Shown here piece after piece: positions 1 through 12,894 of a stretch of DNA of 64,000 bases. Origin of the DNA: Podarcis muralis (taxonomy: Eukaryota); assembly GCF_964188315.1 (NCBI RefSeq), contig NC_135656.1, positions 71,300,001 to 71,364,000 of the forward strand, in the 5' to 3' direction. Both the position numbers and the translations under genes were made by a program. Each line of letters starts with the position of its first letter. The stretch's first letter is position 1. Below the pieces are notes generated by a model. That model searched no databases. It was given only the letters and a program-made list of their open reading frames with translations, and was not told where the DNA came from.

Positions 1-129
1 CTGGAGTAGCCAGAAGATGAAGTGATGTCTGAGCTTTGCCCCGAAGGGGCAGTTCAGACATCATTAGAATTGCTAACAGAAAGCCGCACAAATGCCTTGT
101 GCTTCTACTTTTTCATGTTTTCCAAACAT

Positions 130-570
130 AACATCTCATCTTATACAATATAACAAACCTTTGCCTATCACAGCCTAGGACTTGCGTCAACCTCGACTAA
201 TGGTTTTCTATCTTTCTGATTTTGCATATTATTTTAATAGTTATTGCTATAAAATCCAATTCCTAAATAAACTCCTTCTTAGTCCTTTTTCGCAATACTT
301 CATATAATTCTCCTTACAAAACTTTTTGCAACCCTACAAGCGATGTCAATTGATTACACTTGTCTTCCAAATATATCATAAATTTCTCCCAATCTTTCAG
401 GAAAGTCTGGTCTTGCTAGTTCTGAATTTTCCCAGTTAATTTCGCCAACTCGGCATAGTCCATCAGTTTCATCTGCCACTCTTCTTTTGTTGGTAGTTCT
501 TGCTTCCATCACTAGGCTAATAGTATTCTTGCTTTAGTTGTTACATATAAAAACAATTTTTTATCATGCT
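130..570 (-). mobile_element. L1/Tx1-type LINE 3' fragment
   Basis: The minus strand gives a degraded ORF2 C-terminus ARILLA*-WKQELPTKEEWQMKLMDYAELAK, similar to the ORF at 6161. Confidence 0.7.
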
Positions 571-584
571 TGTAAATCTCTGAG

Positions 585-805
585 CCGCTTCTGGCAAACC
601 AGAGCAGCGCACGGAAATGCCGTTTACCTTCCCACCAGAGCAGTACCTATTTATCTACTTGCACTTTGACGTGCTTTTGAATTGCTAGGTTGGCAGGAGC
701 AGGGACCGAGCAATGGGAGCTCACCCCATCGTGGGGATTCGAACCGCCGACCTTCTGATCAGCAAGTCCTAGGCTCTGTGGTTTAACCCACAGCGCCACC
801 CGCGT
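585..805 (-). mobile_element. Sauria SINE, 5' part
   Basis: Reverse complement of the 5' half of the full copy at 4098. Confidence 0.85.
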
Positions 806-867
806 ACTCTTAAGAGGACTCAATTCCATGGAAGGTCCTGAATGTAGAGCCTAAGCGGAACCAAACT

Positions 868-870
<3 letters not shown>

Positions 871-951
<81 letters not shown>
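871..951. repeat. Compound (TC)n(AC)n microsatellite
   Basis: Seen directly. Confidence 0.98.
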
Positions 952-953
<2 letters not shown>

Positions 954-1100
954 AAAAGCTAAAAGTTAGTACTATCTAAAAGGTCCAGTCCCTGCTCAAC
1001 CATATTGATTGTTCAGAATTGTGGACAACAGCAAAGGCTATCCCCAAGTATACAACATGCTTACATATATGTTGACAGGATTTTGTAAAGTTGAATATGA

Positions 1101-1699
1101 TGTAGTGTCACATGTAGGAGTGTGCCACTGTTGCTGAAATGTGATTGGAGCACGATGGAACAGAAGTGTAGGCAGAGAATGGGGGGGCGCATTATATGGG
1201 GGAGCAACTGCTAGCCGCAGAAGGCAGATAAAAAGTTAAGGACTGTGGCGATCACACAGGGTCCCCGGACGTTTAACGGTCTATTGATCCCTGTGCCACT
1301 ACTGTGCTCACTTCCCTCCTACCACCAACCCGTTACCCTCAGGTAAAACACTGAGTCCAGACAGTTGTTAAAAGTGAACCAAATAAACAAGTTTATTTTA
1401 TAAATATTAACAAGTTTATGGTTTCTCAGATAATATTCCTGTCAGTATCTTAACTTTAGTTTCTTTACCAGCCTATACCTTCCTAATACCTTCTGACTGA
1501 TTATCTCAACTGTTTCAATTCTCTCACTCTCTCACATCAGACTAGCCCAACCCACAGACTTATCCTCTCTGTCTCTTCTAACTCCAGACTGTCTTCTCAA
1601 CCACCCTAACTCTAACTAACTCACTTCCCTTGGGTTCCCATTGGTTAGTCATTTTACAATTCGTTAACCCTTTCCTTATGAACCCAGTATGATGTCACA
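1101..1699 (-). mobile_element. Probable solo LTR
   Basis: TGT...ACA ends, AATAAA and strong strand purine skew. No clean TSD, PBS or PPT seen. Confidence 0.45.
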
Positions 1700-2039
1700 C
1701 ACCTAGGAGGGCAAACGCCACAAGGACGCAGTAGGTGGACACAGCATTTGCTAAAGAAATGATTTTTAAAAGTCCAAAGCAATACATAGAATTATCACGA
1801 CTGTACAAGCATTTCATCTGTTTCTTCTTTTCATTGCTGCAATGTCTGTATTTCAAAAACAATTTGTAGATATCCTAATGGTCTGAAAACCCAAAGGTCC
1901 ACAGTTGTGAGTTTGCATTAACCACAGTTTGAAAACAGTGACCCAGTGTTGTTACCTATGCATCATTTCAAAGATAGAGTATTAGTTAGTTTAAAATGCC
2001 ATGACAAAGTGATCAAGATTCACAGGATGATGGGGGGGG

Positions 2040-2152
2040 GGCACTATTGGATTGTTGTTTTTATTTTTATTAGGTATTTTGTGGGTTTATATCTTGATTT
2101 TATTCTGTGAACTGCCCTGTGACCCCCAGGTATAGGGTGGTATATAAATTCA

Positions 2153-2198
<46 letters not shown>
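2040..2198 (+). mobile_element. L2-type 3' tail ending in (TAA)n
   Basis: tgtgaactgccctg...gggtggtatataaat followed by a (TAA)n run. Confidence 0.6.
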
Positions 2199-2462
2199 GA
2201 ATCATTCAGTCAACCAGTGCTAGGATAAAGTTCTCTTTAAGGTGGATGAGCTGTTGAGGATCAGATTAAATTTGAGGTTTGCTTGCTTGCTGACTGGAAA
2301 CTGTGGGAAGCAAAAGATTGAAGCCACCTGTCACCATACCATAGTCCCAGTCCAGCTTCCCCATGCCCTTCAATGTCAGCTCTTTACCTTAAAACACCAA
2401 AAAAAGCAACCTAGGGGCAAACTACATGACAATTATGACATTTAAAATACCTGTGATATTTT

Positions 2463-3374
2463 TTAAGGCTTTGCTCCTGAAAGAATCTGGGTAGCTGCCT
2501 GCTTGAGTTTGGGATTAACAAACACCAGGAGGATACCGTGAGCAGAGGGGCACATTACCTGCACCACTGAACACATTATTGAACCAAATCTCTGTTCTGA
2601 TTTTTCAAAGTATCGAAATACAATCAATAGGTGTGCCATGTAAAAAGCGACATAAATGATCAGGAAGGAGAGCACTGTCCCAGCTGCCTTGATATGAGCT
2701 TCTGTTTGGCGGCTCCTGAAACTGGCTCCTTTACCTGTCATATTGTAGATATGTCTGCAGAGCGAGGCCACAACCATGATGGAGCAAAGTAAAGTCACAA
2801 GAAGGGGACAGCTTGAACCAGTAATTAAAAAGAAGAGTTGTAAAGAACTGCCAGTTTCTAGCCATGAGTGTCCTTGAGTCATGTTTGTTACGTTGGCTGT
2901 TGTGGTGCTCTGATGTTGCACTGAAATGTTATGAAATGCATAGACGGAAAAGAGCAAGGAGGCAGCTAGAGATACTGCAAGAAGCCAGGGCACCAGATGT
3001 GATATCCTCAGCTTGCACCAAAGGAAGAGGGAGTGGGTGCCGTTCACTATCTTGATGCAATAGAAGACGCAGAACCAGGCAAGGAGCCAGTATCGGAAGA
3101 ATATGACACAGCTTACAAAGACATGAATCATTCTCATCGTTATGTGGTTGAACTCCAACTTTAAGTAGTAAGTTGTTATTGCTGGAATCATCAAAACTGT
3201 GGCACAGATACTGGACGTTCCCATGGACAGAAGAAGTTGTTCCTTGGCATCGAGGGTCCTGCATTTAGCCCATTCAGCAACCATCACTGCAGTTATAAAG
3301 CTATTGGAGATGAACCCACAGAGGGCCATGTCGATTACAACCACCAGAAAGGCAATGATTTGGGAAGAAGGCAT
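2463..3374 (-). CDS. TAS2R: Intronless bitter taste receptor (TAS2R family), copy 1, 303 aa
   Basis: Single-exon ORF with 7 hydrophobic segments and TAS2R motifs: TM1 GFISNSF, TM3 W..W.CVFYCIKI, ICL2 FLWCKLRI, ECL2 N-glycosylation NVT/NMT, TM5 SLCRH, TM6 HIKA, TM7 P.AH.IL..NPKLKQAA. Family-level call only; the orthologue number cannot be assigned. Confidence 0.93.
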   Translation of the reverse strand: MPSSQIIAFLVVVIDMALCGFISNSFITAVMVAEWAKCRTLDAKEQLLLSMGTSSICATVLMIPAITTYYLKLEFNHITMRMIHVFVSCVIFFRYWLLAWFCVFYCIKIVNGTHSLFLWCKLRISHLVPWLLAVSLAASLLFSVYAFHNISVQHQSTTTANVTNMTQGHSWLETGSSLQLFFLITGSSCPLLVTLLCSIMVVASLCRHIYNMTGKGASFRSRQTEAHIKAAGTVLSFLIIYVAFYMAHLLIVFRYFEKSEQRFGSIMCSVVQVMCPSAHGILLVFVNPKLKQAATQILSGAKP

Positions 3375-3475
3375 ATTTCCGGGTTCTTGCAGATTGCTGT
3401 ATAGGTAGTCGTTTGCCAGCCAAAGTTGTTGAGTTCAAATGGGGAGTGCAAATGTGGTAGCAGATCAGTGACATG

Positions 3476-3504
3476 CTTTTTAATGCATTGGGAACTATGC
3501 AAAT
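3476..3504 (-). promoter_or_regulatory. TAS2R copy 1 proximal promoter: octamer + TATA-like box
   Basis: ATGCAAAT at 3497-3504 (ATTTGCAT on the sense strand), 123 bp above the ATG. Sense-strand ATTAAAAAG at 3476-3484. Confidence 0.65.
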
Positions 3505-4097
3505 GAACTGTGTGTCAAACTACCAATTTCCATAATGCTTTCATCTGGGGTAGTGGTGTTGATACTAACTATATAGAAGGGCTTCCTGTCACACAACTTT
3601 GTATGTATCAGGAATGCTGCTTCAATTTGGTGTATATGTGAATAAGAAAGTTAGCCATAGGCAACCCCTTTGTGGCCCGGATTTTACTGCTCACTTAAAG
3701 AATAACAGGAGCTGGAAATACTGCTGTTGAAACAAGGAATAATCCACCTCTGTAAACCACATTTGGAAGATGTTAGCTGGCTTGCTTACCCTCAGGTCCC
3801 CCTCATTTTGGTTTCCAGGAACTTCACAGCCAATTCTTATATTTGCTCCCAGATCATAAGCAAATTCTCAGGCCCCAAACCAAAAGCTTGTTCAGCCCTT
3901 GTCAGTGTAGTTTACCTTCCTTGTTCCTAGCTGCTCATCTCCTCACACGCTCCCCCTTCTTCATGATAAGATGCACAATGGACGAGGCAAGCTAGAAACC
4001 AGCATGGGACGGTCATAGTAGTAGGATTACCTCAGAGGCCTGTGTTAAAACACTCTTTTACTTTTTTAAGCTTTACCAGAAGCATTTCTACTTATTT

Positions 4098-4441
4098 GGG
4101 ACGCGGGTGGTGCTGTGGGTTAAACCACAGAGCCTAGAGCTTGCCGATCAGAAGGTCGGCGGTTCGAATCCCCGCAACGGGGTGAGCTCCCGTTGATCGG
4201 TCCCTGCTCCTGCCAACCTAGCAGTTCGAAAGCACCTCAAAGTGCAAGTAGATAAATAGGTACTGCTCCGGTGGGAAGGTAAACGGCTTTTCCGTGCGCT
4301 GCTCTGGTTCGCCAGAAGCAGCTTAGTCATGCTGGCCACATGACCCGGAAGCTCCCTCGGCCAATAAAGCGAGATGAGTGCTGCAACCCCAGAGTCGGTC
4401 ACGACTGGACCTAATGGTCAGGGGTCCCTTTACCTTTACCT
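4098..4441 (+). mobile_element. Sauria SINE, full length
   Basis: tRNA-like head with B box (ggttcgaatcc), conserved body and the tail ggggtccctttacctttacct. Confidence 0.9.
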
Positions 4442-5662
4442 ATAGTTGAACTACGGAAGCATAAATTTTGGTGACCAGTTCTCAGCTGACTTACTGAATA
4501 TGCTGAATGCCTATTGATGCTTAAATCAACCTCAACCCCGTAGGACACGCAAAATGTGAAACAAGCTTTTAATACTATCAGGTGCTTTCATTTCTTCTTT
4601 TTAGTTTTCCCCAAAGGGCCTCAATACTTGTCATCCTGAGTAAAGAAATTTACAGTGCTCAAGGATGCTGCCCATGCCAAGATCTTAGACTTATCTAAGT
4701 CAACAGACACAGTCCAACTCAGTTTATTTATTGGCAGGTTTTATCACCCACCATTCACTGAATGTCTACTTGGAAGTTAATCCTATTACGTTATATGGGC
4801 TTATTCTTAGGTGGGCGTACATAGACATCTAGGTAATTGATGTGTTTATCTTTCAGATAACGATAGGCTTTTTTTATTCTTTTGTGCAGGAAGGAGAAAC
4901 CTATAGCCTCCAGATGTTTCTGAGCTACAGATCCCATCAACTAGCTTTGTTCAGGGGTGATGGGAGGTGTAATTCAGCAATATCTGGAGGTTCACCACAC
5001 CTGCTTAAAAAGCGCTTAGGTTTGTTTACAACTATTTACCGAAAGTGAAATGTAAATATGGGTCCCTGATGAAGCACGGTGGTAACTATATCCATTCTTT
5101 ATTTGCATTCCTGTAATTGCCGCTGAGGATTAAGTAGACTTAAGGTGACAGCAGATCATCTATTAACTATGAAAATATTTTTAGGGAAATGTAATGGATA
5201 TAATATCCCTATTTACGATGGATTCATCTATTTCAAAAAAGAGAGCCTTCGATACAATCGAAACCTGGGCTATACAGTGGGTGATACAAAACTGCAGATT
5301 TGACAGCAGATATAACCAGTTATTGCAAGAAAATAGGAAATAAGGCAACAGCAACATATCATCTCCATGTAAAGACCCACCCAGTATCTTTAAAAAGAGG
5401 CATAAGGCAAGAAGTTAGCTTATCACCTAAACTACACTCACCTAAGCTATTTACATTCACCTTGGAAGGTGTATTAAAAGCTGGAGTGGTAAAAAAAAAA
5501 AGGAATCTGTGTTAACAGAAGATATCTAAATTTTCTATGATATGCAGGTGTTGTAATAATAAAAAGTCGACAAGAACTACAAGAAATGCTGGAATAACTG
5601 AACGAAGAATCAAATGAAAAATAAAAATATTTCTTTAGACTCAAAAGCTAAAGTGATCAATA

Positions 5663-5883
5663 CAGTGGTACCTCAGATTAAGAACTTAATTCGTTCTGGA
5701 GGTCCATTCTTAACGTGAAACTGTTCTTAACCTGAGGTACCACTTTAGCTAATGGGGCCTCCCACTGCCGCCGCGCCACCATGATTTCTGTTCTCATCCT
5801 GAAGCAAAGTTCTTAACCTGAGGTACTATTTCTGGGTTAGCGGAGTCTGTAACCTGAAGCGTCTGTAACCCGAGATACCACTG
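5663..5883. mobile_element. Tc1/mariner-type MITE (CAGTGGTACCTC TIRs, TA TSD)
   Basis: TA-CAGTGGTACCTC...GAGATACCACTG-TA. Confidence 0.88.
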
Positions 5884-6134
5884 TATGTGCATATTAGCTG
5901 TGATGTGTTATGAAGAACTGGACACACAAAGAAACATGAAAATTTAAAGAATAGTACAACATGCCACAGGACTCACAATGTTAGGAATATCATTAAAAGA
6001 TAGAAAAACTAATAATTGGGTACAAGAAAGACTGAAAGTTGGGGTTGTAATGGAAAAGGCCGTGAAGCTAAAGTGGGCAGGCCATGTGGCCGGAGACGAT
6101 TCAGGCCAATGGAATAAAGCAGTGTTAGTATGGT

Positions 6135-6818
6135 GACTCTACAGTTTTAAAAGGCCACCTATGTTCTCTAAGAAACCAGAACTATTTATTTTAGGCATAA
6201 TGACATCTGATATTAAAAACAAAATAAGACTGCAGTTCATGTATGCAGTCACCACCGCCAGGAATCTAATAGCCAGAAATTGGAAAAGGGAAACACCACC
6301 AACCAAGACAGAATGGCAAGCTAAACTGGTAGAATATCTAATGTTAGCGAAAAAAATGGAACCAGTGAGAGGAGCCTCAGAAAAGGAGGTAGACAAGGAA
6401 TGGAAAATGGCGAGAGAATATCTCCAAGGATACTGCAATAGTAGAGGCTATCTGACGTTAGAAGAATGAGTAACAACATATGGTATTAATACAAAAAAAC
6501 AATAATGACTAAATTAAATAATGGATATAAGTAGGAAGACGATGTTTGGATCTAATGGTTACAGCAGGAAGAGTATTATGGACTTAATCAGAAGTATTCA
6601 CATTTCTTTTAATTTCTGTTTGTTCCACTGTATATAGGCATGTTAAATTATATGTAGGTAGCTACGATTAATTGAACTGGAACATAGATTTGAGCAGTTT
6701 GTAAACTTAAATGCTACCTTTTTCCTTTATGGGAAATCTTTTGCTATTTGTATTTTCTTTCTGATTATTATTTTCTTTGTTTATAAACTCAATAAAGATT
6801 TTTTTTTTAAAAAAAAAA
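6135..6818 (+). mobile_element. L1/Tx1-type LINE 3' end with poly(A)
   Basis: ORF 6161-6469 (ELFILGI...TARNLIARNWK...PTKTEW) is an ORF2 C-terminus; AATAAA and an A-tail follow at about 6790-6818. Confidence 0.8.
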
Positions 6819-6985
6819 GATCATCTATGTTATGGTTGGACCATCCAAAACTAACAGCACAGCTTATGTGGATGCAGGAAGCAAACAACAGAAAGTGATG
6901 GAGAGAACTTGAAGAGGGGTATATCCAAAGATCAGTGGAGGTGAGGAACAGGTTTAAGGATTAAAATTCTACAAGGCAGGCTTAA

Positions 6986-8176
6986 GCAGTATGTGGACTG
7001 AGAACACCCAGAAGTGCAAGCTGGATTTCGAAGGGGCAGAGGAACCAGAGACCAAATTGCAAACGTGCTGGATTATGGAGAAAGCTAGAGAGTTCCAGAG
7101 AAACATCTACTTTTGCTTCATTGACTATGCAAAAGCATTTGACTGTGTCGACCACAGCAAACTATGGCAAGTTCTTAAAGAAATGGGAGTGCCTGATCAC
7201 CTCATCTGTCTCCTGAGAAATCTCTGTGTGGGACAAAAAGCTACTGGATATGGAATACCGGTAACTGATTGGTTCAAAATTGGGAAAAGAGCACGACAAG
7301 GCTGTATATTGTCTCCCTCCTTATTTAAGTTAAATGCGAAAGGCTGGACTGGATGAATCCCAAGCCGGAATCAAGACTGCCAGAAGAAATATCAACAACC
7401 TCAGATATGCTGATGACACAACCTTGATGGCAGAAAGTGAGGAGGAATTAAATAACCTTTTAATGAGGGTGAAAGAGAAGAGCGCAAAATATGGTCTGAA
7501 GCTCAACATCAAAAAAACAAAGCTCATGGCTACTGGTCCCATCACCTCCTGGCAAATAGAAGGGGAAGAAATGGAGGCAGTGAGAGATTTTACTTTCTTG
7601 GGTTCCATGATCACTGCAGATGGTGACCGCAGTCACGAGATTAAAAGATGCCTGCTTCTTGGGAGAAAAGCAATGACAAACCTAGACAGCATCTTAAAAA
7701 GCAGAGACATCACCTTGCCAACAAAGGTCTGTATAGTAAAAGCTATGGTTTTCCCAGTAGTGATGTATGGAAGTGAGAGCTGGACCATAAAGAAAGCTGA
7801 TCGCCGAAGAATTGATGCCTTTGAATTATGGTGCAGGAGGAGACTCTTGAGAGTCTCATGGACTGCAAGAAGATCAAACTTCTCCATTCTTAAGGAAATC
7901 AGCCTTGAGTGCTCACTGGAAGGACAGATCCTGAAGCTGAGGCTCCAATATTTTCGCCACCTCATGAGAAGAGATGACACCCTGGAAGAGACCCTGATGT
8001 TGGGAAAGATTGAGGGCACAAGGAGAAGGGGATGACAGAGGACGAGATGGTTGGACAGTGTTCTCGAAGCTACCAACACGAGTCTGACCAAACTGTGGGA
8101 GGCAGTGGAAGACAGAAGTGCCTGGCGTGCTCTGGTCCATGGGGTCACGAAGAGTCAGACACGACTAAACAACAAC
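6986..8176 (+). mobile_element. BovB (RTE) LINE, 5'-truncated
   Basis: FCFIDYAKAFDCVDH, RQGCILSP and NNLRYADDTTLMAESEEEL, with the tail gacacgactaaacaacaac. Confidence 0.95.
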
Positions 8177-8489
8177 ATATTCAAAGATGGATGTGAAATG
8201 CTGTAGAAGAAGAAAGAAAGATGGCAGTATCTTTGTCTAGATGCCTGAAAAGTCTAATTCTTGCATTACCTCTGTGCTTCAGTTGTCCCTTGGGATCTGG
8301 ATAACAACTTTCATATAAGGCAGGAGAAAATGCACACTAATGTTGAAGAAAAAATGTGTGATTTGAGCACACAGAAAATGCAATTTTACACAATGTTGAG
8401 GGAGAGACATTTGGTGTACAATGAAGGAGAAACAATATGCAAAGAACTGATCATACAGAAACATCAGAGCAGGGGGAAAAACCGTATGC

Positions 8490-8875
8490 ATGTTTACTCA
8501 GAAGCAAGCCCTACTGTGGTCATTTTCTTCTGGGTAAGCAGGCATAGGATTGGGCATTGTTCACTTATCTTGATACAACAGAAGATGCAGAGCTAGGCAG
8601 AGCCAAAATGGGGAGAATATGACAGGCTGCAAATAGAAAATGCTGTAAATTCTCCAAGTGGTTCTTAAACACTTTATACAGTAGTTAATGAAAACTGCAG
8701 TCAGTAAAACTGTCTCGCATATATTGGGTTTGGTTTGGGACAGAAGATGTTAACTAGTAGTGAGGCTCCCATGTTTAGCCCATTCAGTGATTATAACTAT
8801 AAAGTCATTGCAAAAGAGCCCGCAAAGGACCAAGTCAGCTGCAGTTCTCCAAAAGCCAACATTGCAAACATTGCC
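8490..8875 (-). pseudogene. TAS2R: Decayed, 3'-truncated TAS2R pseudogene (TM1 to about TM4)
   Basis: The minus ORF 8750-8974 ends in AADLVLCGLFCNDFIVIITEWAKHGSLTTS, matching TM1/ICL1 of the intact copies. Plus-strand 8545-8620 (gggcattgttcacttatcttgatacaacagaagatgcagagctaggcag) aligns with the TM3 DNA of copy 1 with indels and stops. Boundaries approximate. Confidence 0.8.
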
Positions 8876-9286
8876 CAAGGAAATACATGGGTTGAACCCT
8901 CTTCTTTTCAGCCACTGGTTCTGGCTGTCCCTTTCATGAACCCCCCCACACACACACACACAAAAGATAAGCACTATTAGTCATAGTGGTTAAGTGTCAT
9001 GCCACGGGGCTGAAGCTCAGCTGTGAGGACATCACCACCCCAGAAATCTCATCCTCACAAGGTGTTTTTGCCTTTGCTGAAAATAGGGATGAGCTTGAAG
9101 CTCCCATGAAATGCAAGGAGGCACTTGGTTATGCTCCTAGGCCCCAGGCAATAATCAGTGGTAGTAGTAGTATAAGCATCGCTTGCGTTAGACGTAACAC
9201 TAGGTTTTTAGAAGATCAGCAACAACAACAAACTACAAGCCTCTGGTTGAGAAGTGCTGAAACCAGGACTGGCTTATACCATAGAG

Positions 9287-9525
9287 CAGGCATTTCCAAC
9301 TCCCAAGAGACTGTGATCTACTCCCAGTACAAAAAAAACTGGCAGTGATCTACCCGTCATTGGAGGGAGGAGGAGCGTGCGTGGGGTGGGCGGGTGAATT
9401 CCCCAGAGTTGTTAAGCTTTTTTTGGAGGGAAATGTCCCCCCCCCCCAATGACTTTTTGTACACGATAAGGATCCCGCGATCTACCAGGATCAGCCGGGG
9501 ATCTATCACTGGTTGGACATCCCTG
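9287..9525. mobile_element. hAT-type MITE with 8-bp TSD CCATAGAG
   Basis: TSD at 9279-9286 and 9526-9533; CAGG...CCTG termini. Confidence 0.88.
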
Positions 9526-9598
9526 CCATAGAGGTTTTTCCTGACTTACCACAGGGACACCCTCATTCCTCAGAACAAGTTCCAGCTGAACTGAGGTA

Positions 9599-9830
9599 CA
9601 GCGGTACCTCAGGTTACATACGCTTCAGGTTACATACGCTTCAGGTTACAGACTCAGCTAACCCAGAAATAGTGCTTCAGGTTAAGAACTTTGCTTCAGG
9701 ATGAGAACAGAAATCGGGCTCCGGCGGCGCGGTGGCAGCAGGAGGCCCCATTAGCTAAAGGTTAAGAACAGTTTCAGGTTAAGTACGGACCTCTGGAACG
9801 AATTAAGTACTTAAACCTGAGGTACCACTG
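9599..9830. mobile_element. Tc1/mariner-type MITE (same family as 5663)
   Basis: TIRs and TA TSD; opposite orientation to the copy at 5663. Confidence 0.88.
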
Positions 9831-10774
9831 TACTTGGTAACAATAAACTTACGAGTTGTAGAGTTGGAAGGGACCCAGAGGGTTGTTTAATCCAACCCCC
9901 TGCAATGCAGGATTGATTGCTGCTTTAATTGATATGTTGTATCTCTCAAATTAGGATAGGTTTTTCTTTCATCAGTATCTTTAAAGACATAAATTTGTTT
10001 GCATCTGTTTACAGAAAGGAAAATGCAAAGATGTGTGCCAGAGATAGCAGAGTGGTAAATATATCCCTTCTGTATTTGCATCCCTGTGATTGCTGGTGAG
10101 GATGAAACAGGCTTGAGACAGTGCCTTTGTTTAGATTTATGAAACTTCTAATTCTTTCATTACCTCTCTGCTTCAGTTGCCCATTGGGATGTAGATAACA
10201 ACAGAACAGAAGGAAATGCAGACAATTCGTTTGACCAATATATACATGTCTATACTTTTGAATAGCTGCTCTTTTTTGTATAAGTGAATATGGAAGGTCA
10301 ATATCCAGTCAAATGGCTCTGAACTAAAGCTCATACATCAGTCATAAGGATAATCCCACTGCCCTGCAGATGAATAGATAGGATTGCTAATTTCTTTCTA
10401 GTCATTCATATTACTTACTCATTCCGACTAGGCATAAACATTGCTAGCAAGGTACTCAAAAGGGCTGTTGAGATGCCTACAGCAACAAATCGTTCATTTG
10501 AAGTTACCCACCAGCTCCTAGTTTTTCTGCTGAAATAGACATCTCAGTAGCCCTTCTGTGTTTTGTGCAGTGCAATTTTGGGGAAGATAGATGTGGAGTT
10601 GGAAGGTTCTCGTGGTGACTTTGCTGCCACTTATTTGGTTGATTCCCAGAGATGCCCAAAGCCTATGCAGAAAGCTGCCCTGTCATCAACATGGCCACTT
10701 TACTGGGGAACTCCGCCCACCCCTAACTGGTAAGGTTCAATAGTTCTGCCTTATTAATTGTAGAGTTGGAATGT

Positions 10775-11600
10775 TTAGTCAGAGTCTTATTTCTTGTTAT
10801 ATGAATCCATTGGTTCAAGTCCTGCCCTCTGGAGCAGGAGGGGGGGGGACTTGCTTCATCTTTCATATGACAGCTGTTGAGATATTTGAAGATGGCTAGC
10901 ATATCACCTCTCAGTCTCCTCTTTTCTAGGCTAAACATACCCAGCTCCCTCAACTGTTCCCAATAAGGCTTTCCGGACCCCTGATCATCTTGGTTGCCCT
11001 CCTCTGCACATGTTCCAGCTTGTCAACATCCTTCTTAAATTGTGCTCAGAACTGGAAACAATACTTCAGGTGTGATCTGACCAAGTCATAATAGAGCAGT
11101 AGTCTTGACTTCCCTTGATCTGGACACCATACTTCTGCTGATGCAGCCTAGAAGAGCATTAGCTTTTTTTGCTGCTACATCACACTCTTGACTCATGTTA
11201 CACTTGTGGTCTACTAAGACCCCTGGATCCTTTTCACATGTACTACTGGCAAGCCAAGTGTTCCTCATCTTATATTTGTGCAGCTGGTATTCCTGCCTAA
11301 TTGCAGAACCTTATATTTGTCCCTACTGAAATTCATTGTGTTAGTTTGAGCCCAGTTCTTCAATGAGGTAAGGTCATACTGAATCCCAATTTTGCCTTTT
11401 GTGGCATTAGCTATCCCTCCCAGCTTGGTGTCACCTGTAAATTTGATGAGCATCCCTTCAATTCCTTCATCCAGATCTTTTATACATTGAACAACAGCGG
11501 ACCTAGGACAGAACCCTGTGGCACCCCACTGCTCACTTCTTTTTGGGATGATGAGGAACCATTAGTGAGAATTCTGGGTTCAGTCAGTCAACCAGCTACA
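10775..11600 (-). mobile_element. CR1 LINE 3' fragment
   Basis: LIKF..DTKLGG, TCEKDPGVLVDHK and [18 protein letters not shown]. Confidence 0.92.
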
Positions 11601-11622
11601 AAGGCCTGAGACCTGTGGGTAT

Positions 11623-11969
11623 AGGTAAAGGTAAAGGGGACCCCTGACCATTAGGTCCCGTCGTGACCGACTCTGGGGTTGCAGCGCTCATCTCGTTTTA
11701 TTGGCCGAGGGAGCCGGCGTACAGCTTCCGGGTCATGTGGCCAGCATGACTAAGCCGCTTCTGGCAAACCAGAGCAGCGCATGGAAACGCCGTTTACCTT
11801 CCCACCGGAGCGGTACCTATTTATCTACTTGCACTTTGATGTGCTTTCGAACTGCTAGGTTGGCAGGAGCAGGGACCGAGCAACGGGAGCTCACCCTGTC
11901 GCGGGGATTCGATCCACCAACCTTCTGATCAGCAAGTCCTAGGCTCTGTGGTTTAACCCACAGCGCCAC
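11623..11969 (-). mobile_element. Sauria SINE, full length
   Basis: Reverse complement of the copy at 4098, including the tail. Confidence 0.9.
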
Positions 11970-12894
11970 TAGGGTGGTATATAAATCCAATAAATGAAAT
12001 AAAAATCAACCCAACAGTTACCTTGTCCAGCCTACATTTTACTGCTTCTATACAGGAAATAATAACCAATAATAGCATCATTGATGCAACTCATCAATGC
12101 AGTTATCTATGCTAAATATGGAGATGTGTGATAGTAATGTGTTTGGGTTTGATTCAGCTGTTTTTCAGAAGCAGGGCTAATTTGCACCGTTTACCTTGGA
12201 AAAAATGTTGGGTGATATTTCAGAGTACATTTGGTTTGTCAGGAGACAGATCAACCCTAATGGTAGACACACTGCTATGATTAGTAATAGATGATCATTT
12301 CTTTCCATGTCTGTTGTGATAACTGTCTTCGTATGCAGGGAAAGTCCCTAACTCACTGAGGGTTTGAGACCCATCGACTTCCCTCACCTGGTTTAGCCAA
12401 CTATTCGAAGCCATTACCAGGGTGTGGCCACAGTTGCATGCTGACAGCTTCCCGAAGCCACAAGTGAGAGCTGAGTGCAGGGTGGGGCCCAAACATGGAC
12501 AAACTACACTAGAAGGAGCACAATGTATTCCCCATCAGAGGTACTACCCCTTCCAGAAACTCCTGAAGCCAAGCTGGTGCCAAACGTATTGCTCTGCATT
12601 CCTTTAGACTACATCAGCAAGGCTGAGAGAGGGTCTTGTTGTCTGGGCAGCCCAGGACCTCCCTACACAATGCTCAGGCTTGCACTTTGGTGCTGCTAAC
12701 ACAATGGTTTGTCTTCACCTCAGAGGCATACTCCATTGCCTCTTGGCACTGACAGAATGCCAACAACAATGTCATACCTGACAACACAGATACAGATAAT
12801 GAAAGGTCAGCTTCTATATCTAACTTGTATGACAGGAGATGCAAAATGGCCAGGTATGTTAGGGTTGTACCGCTTAGGAACATTTAATAGTAGG

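Larger units (their letters stand above)
5150..6965 (+). mobile_element. Degraded RTE-clade LINE (non-BovB) in three pieces
   Basis: RT-like GIRQ..SLSPKL..FTFTLE at about 5400, KWAGHVARR at about 6070, and the 3' remainder after 6820. Interrupted by a MITE and an L1 fragment. Confidence 0.6.

Noticed and set aside
4148-4402. Recurring ORFs such as GHVASMTK.LLANQSS (also 647-829 and 11701-11928)
   Set aside because: Translations of Sauria SINE copies, not a gene family.
9513-9704. Recurring peptide LQVTDSANPEIV..VKNFASG (also 15744 and 38515)
   Set aside because: Translation of a Tc1-type MITE.
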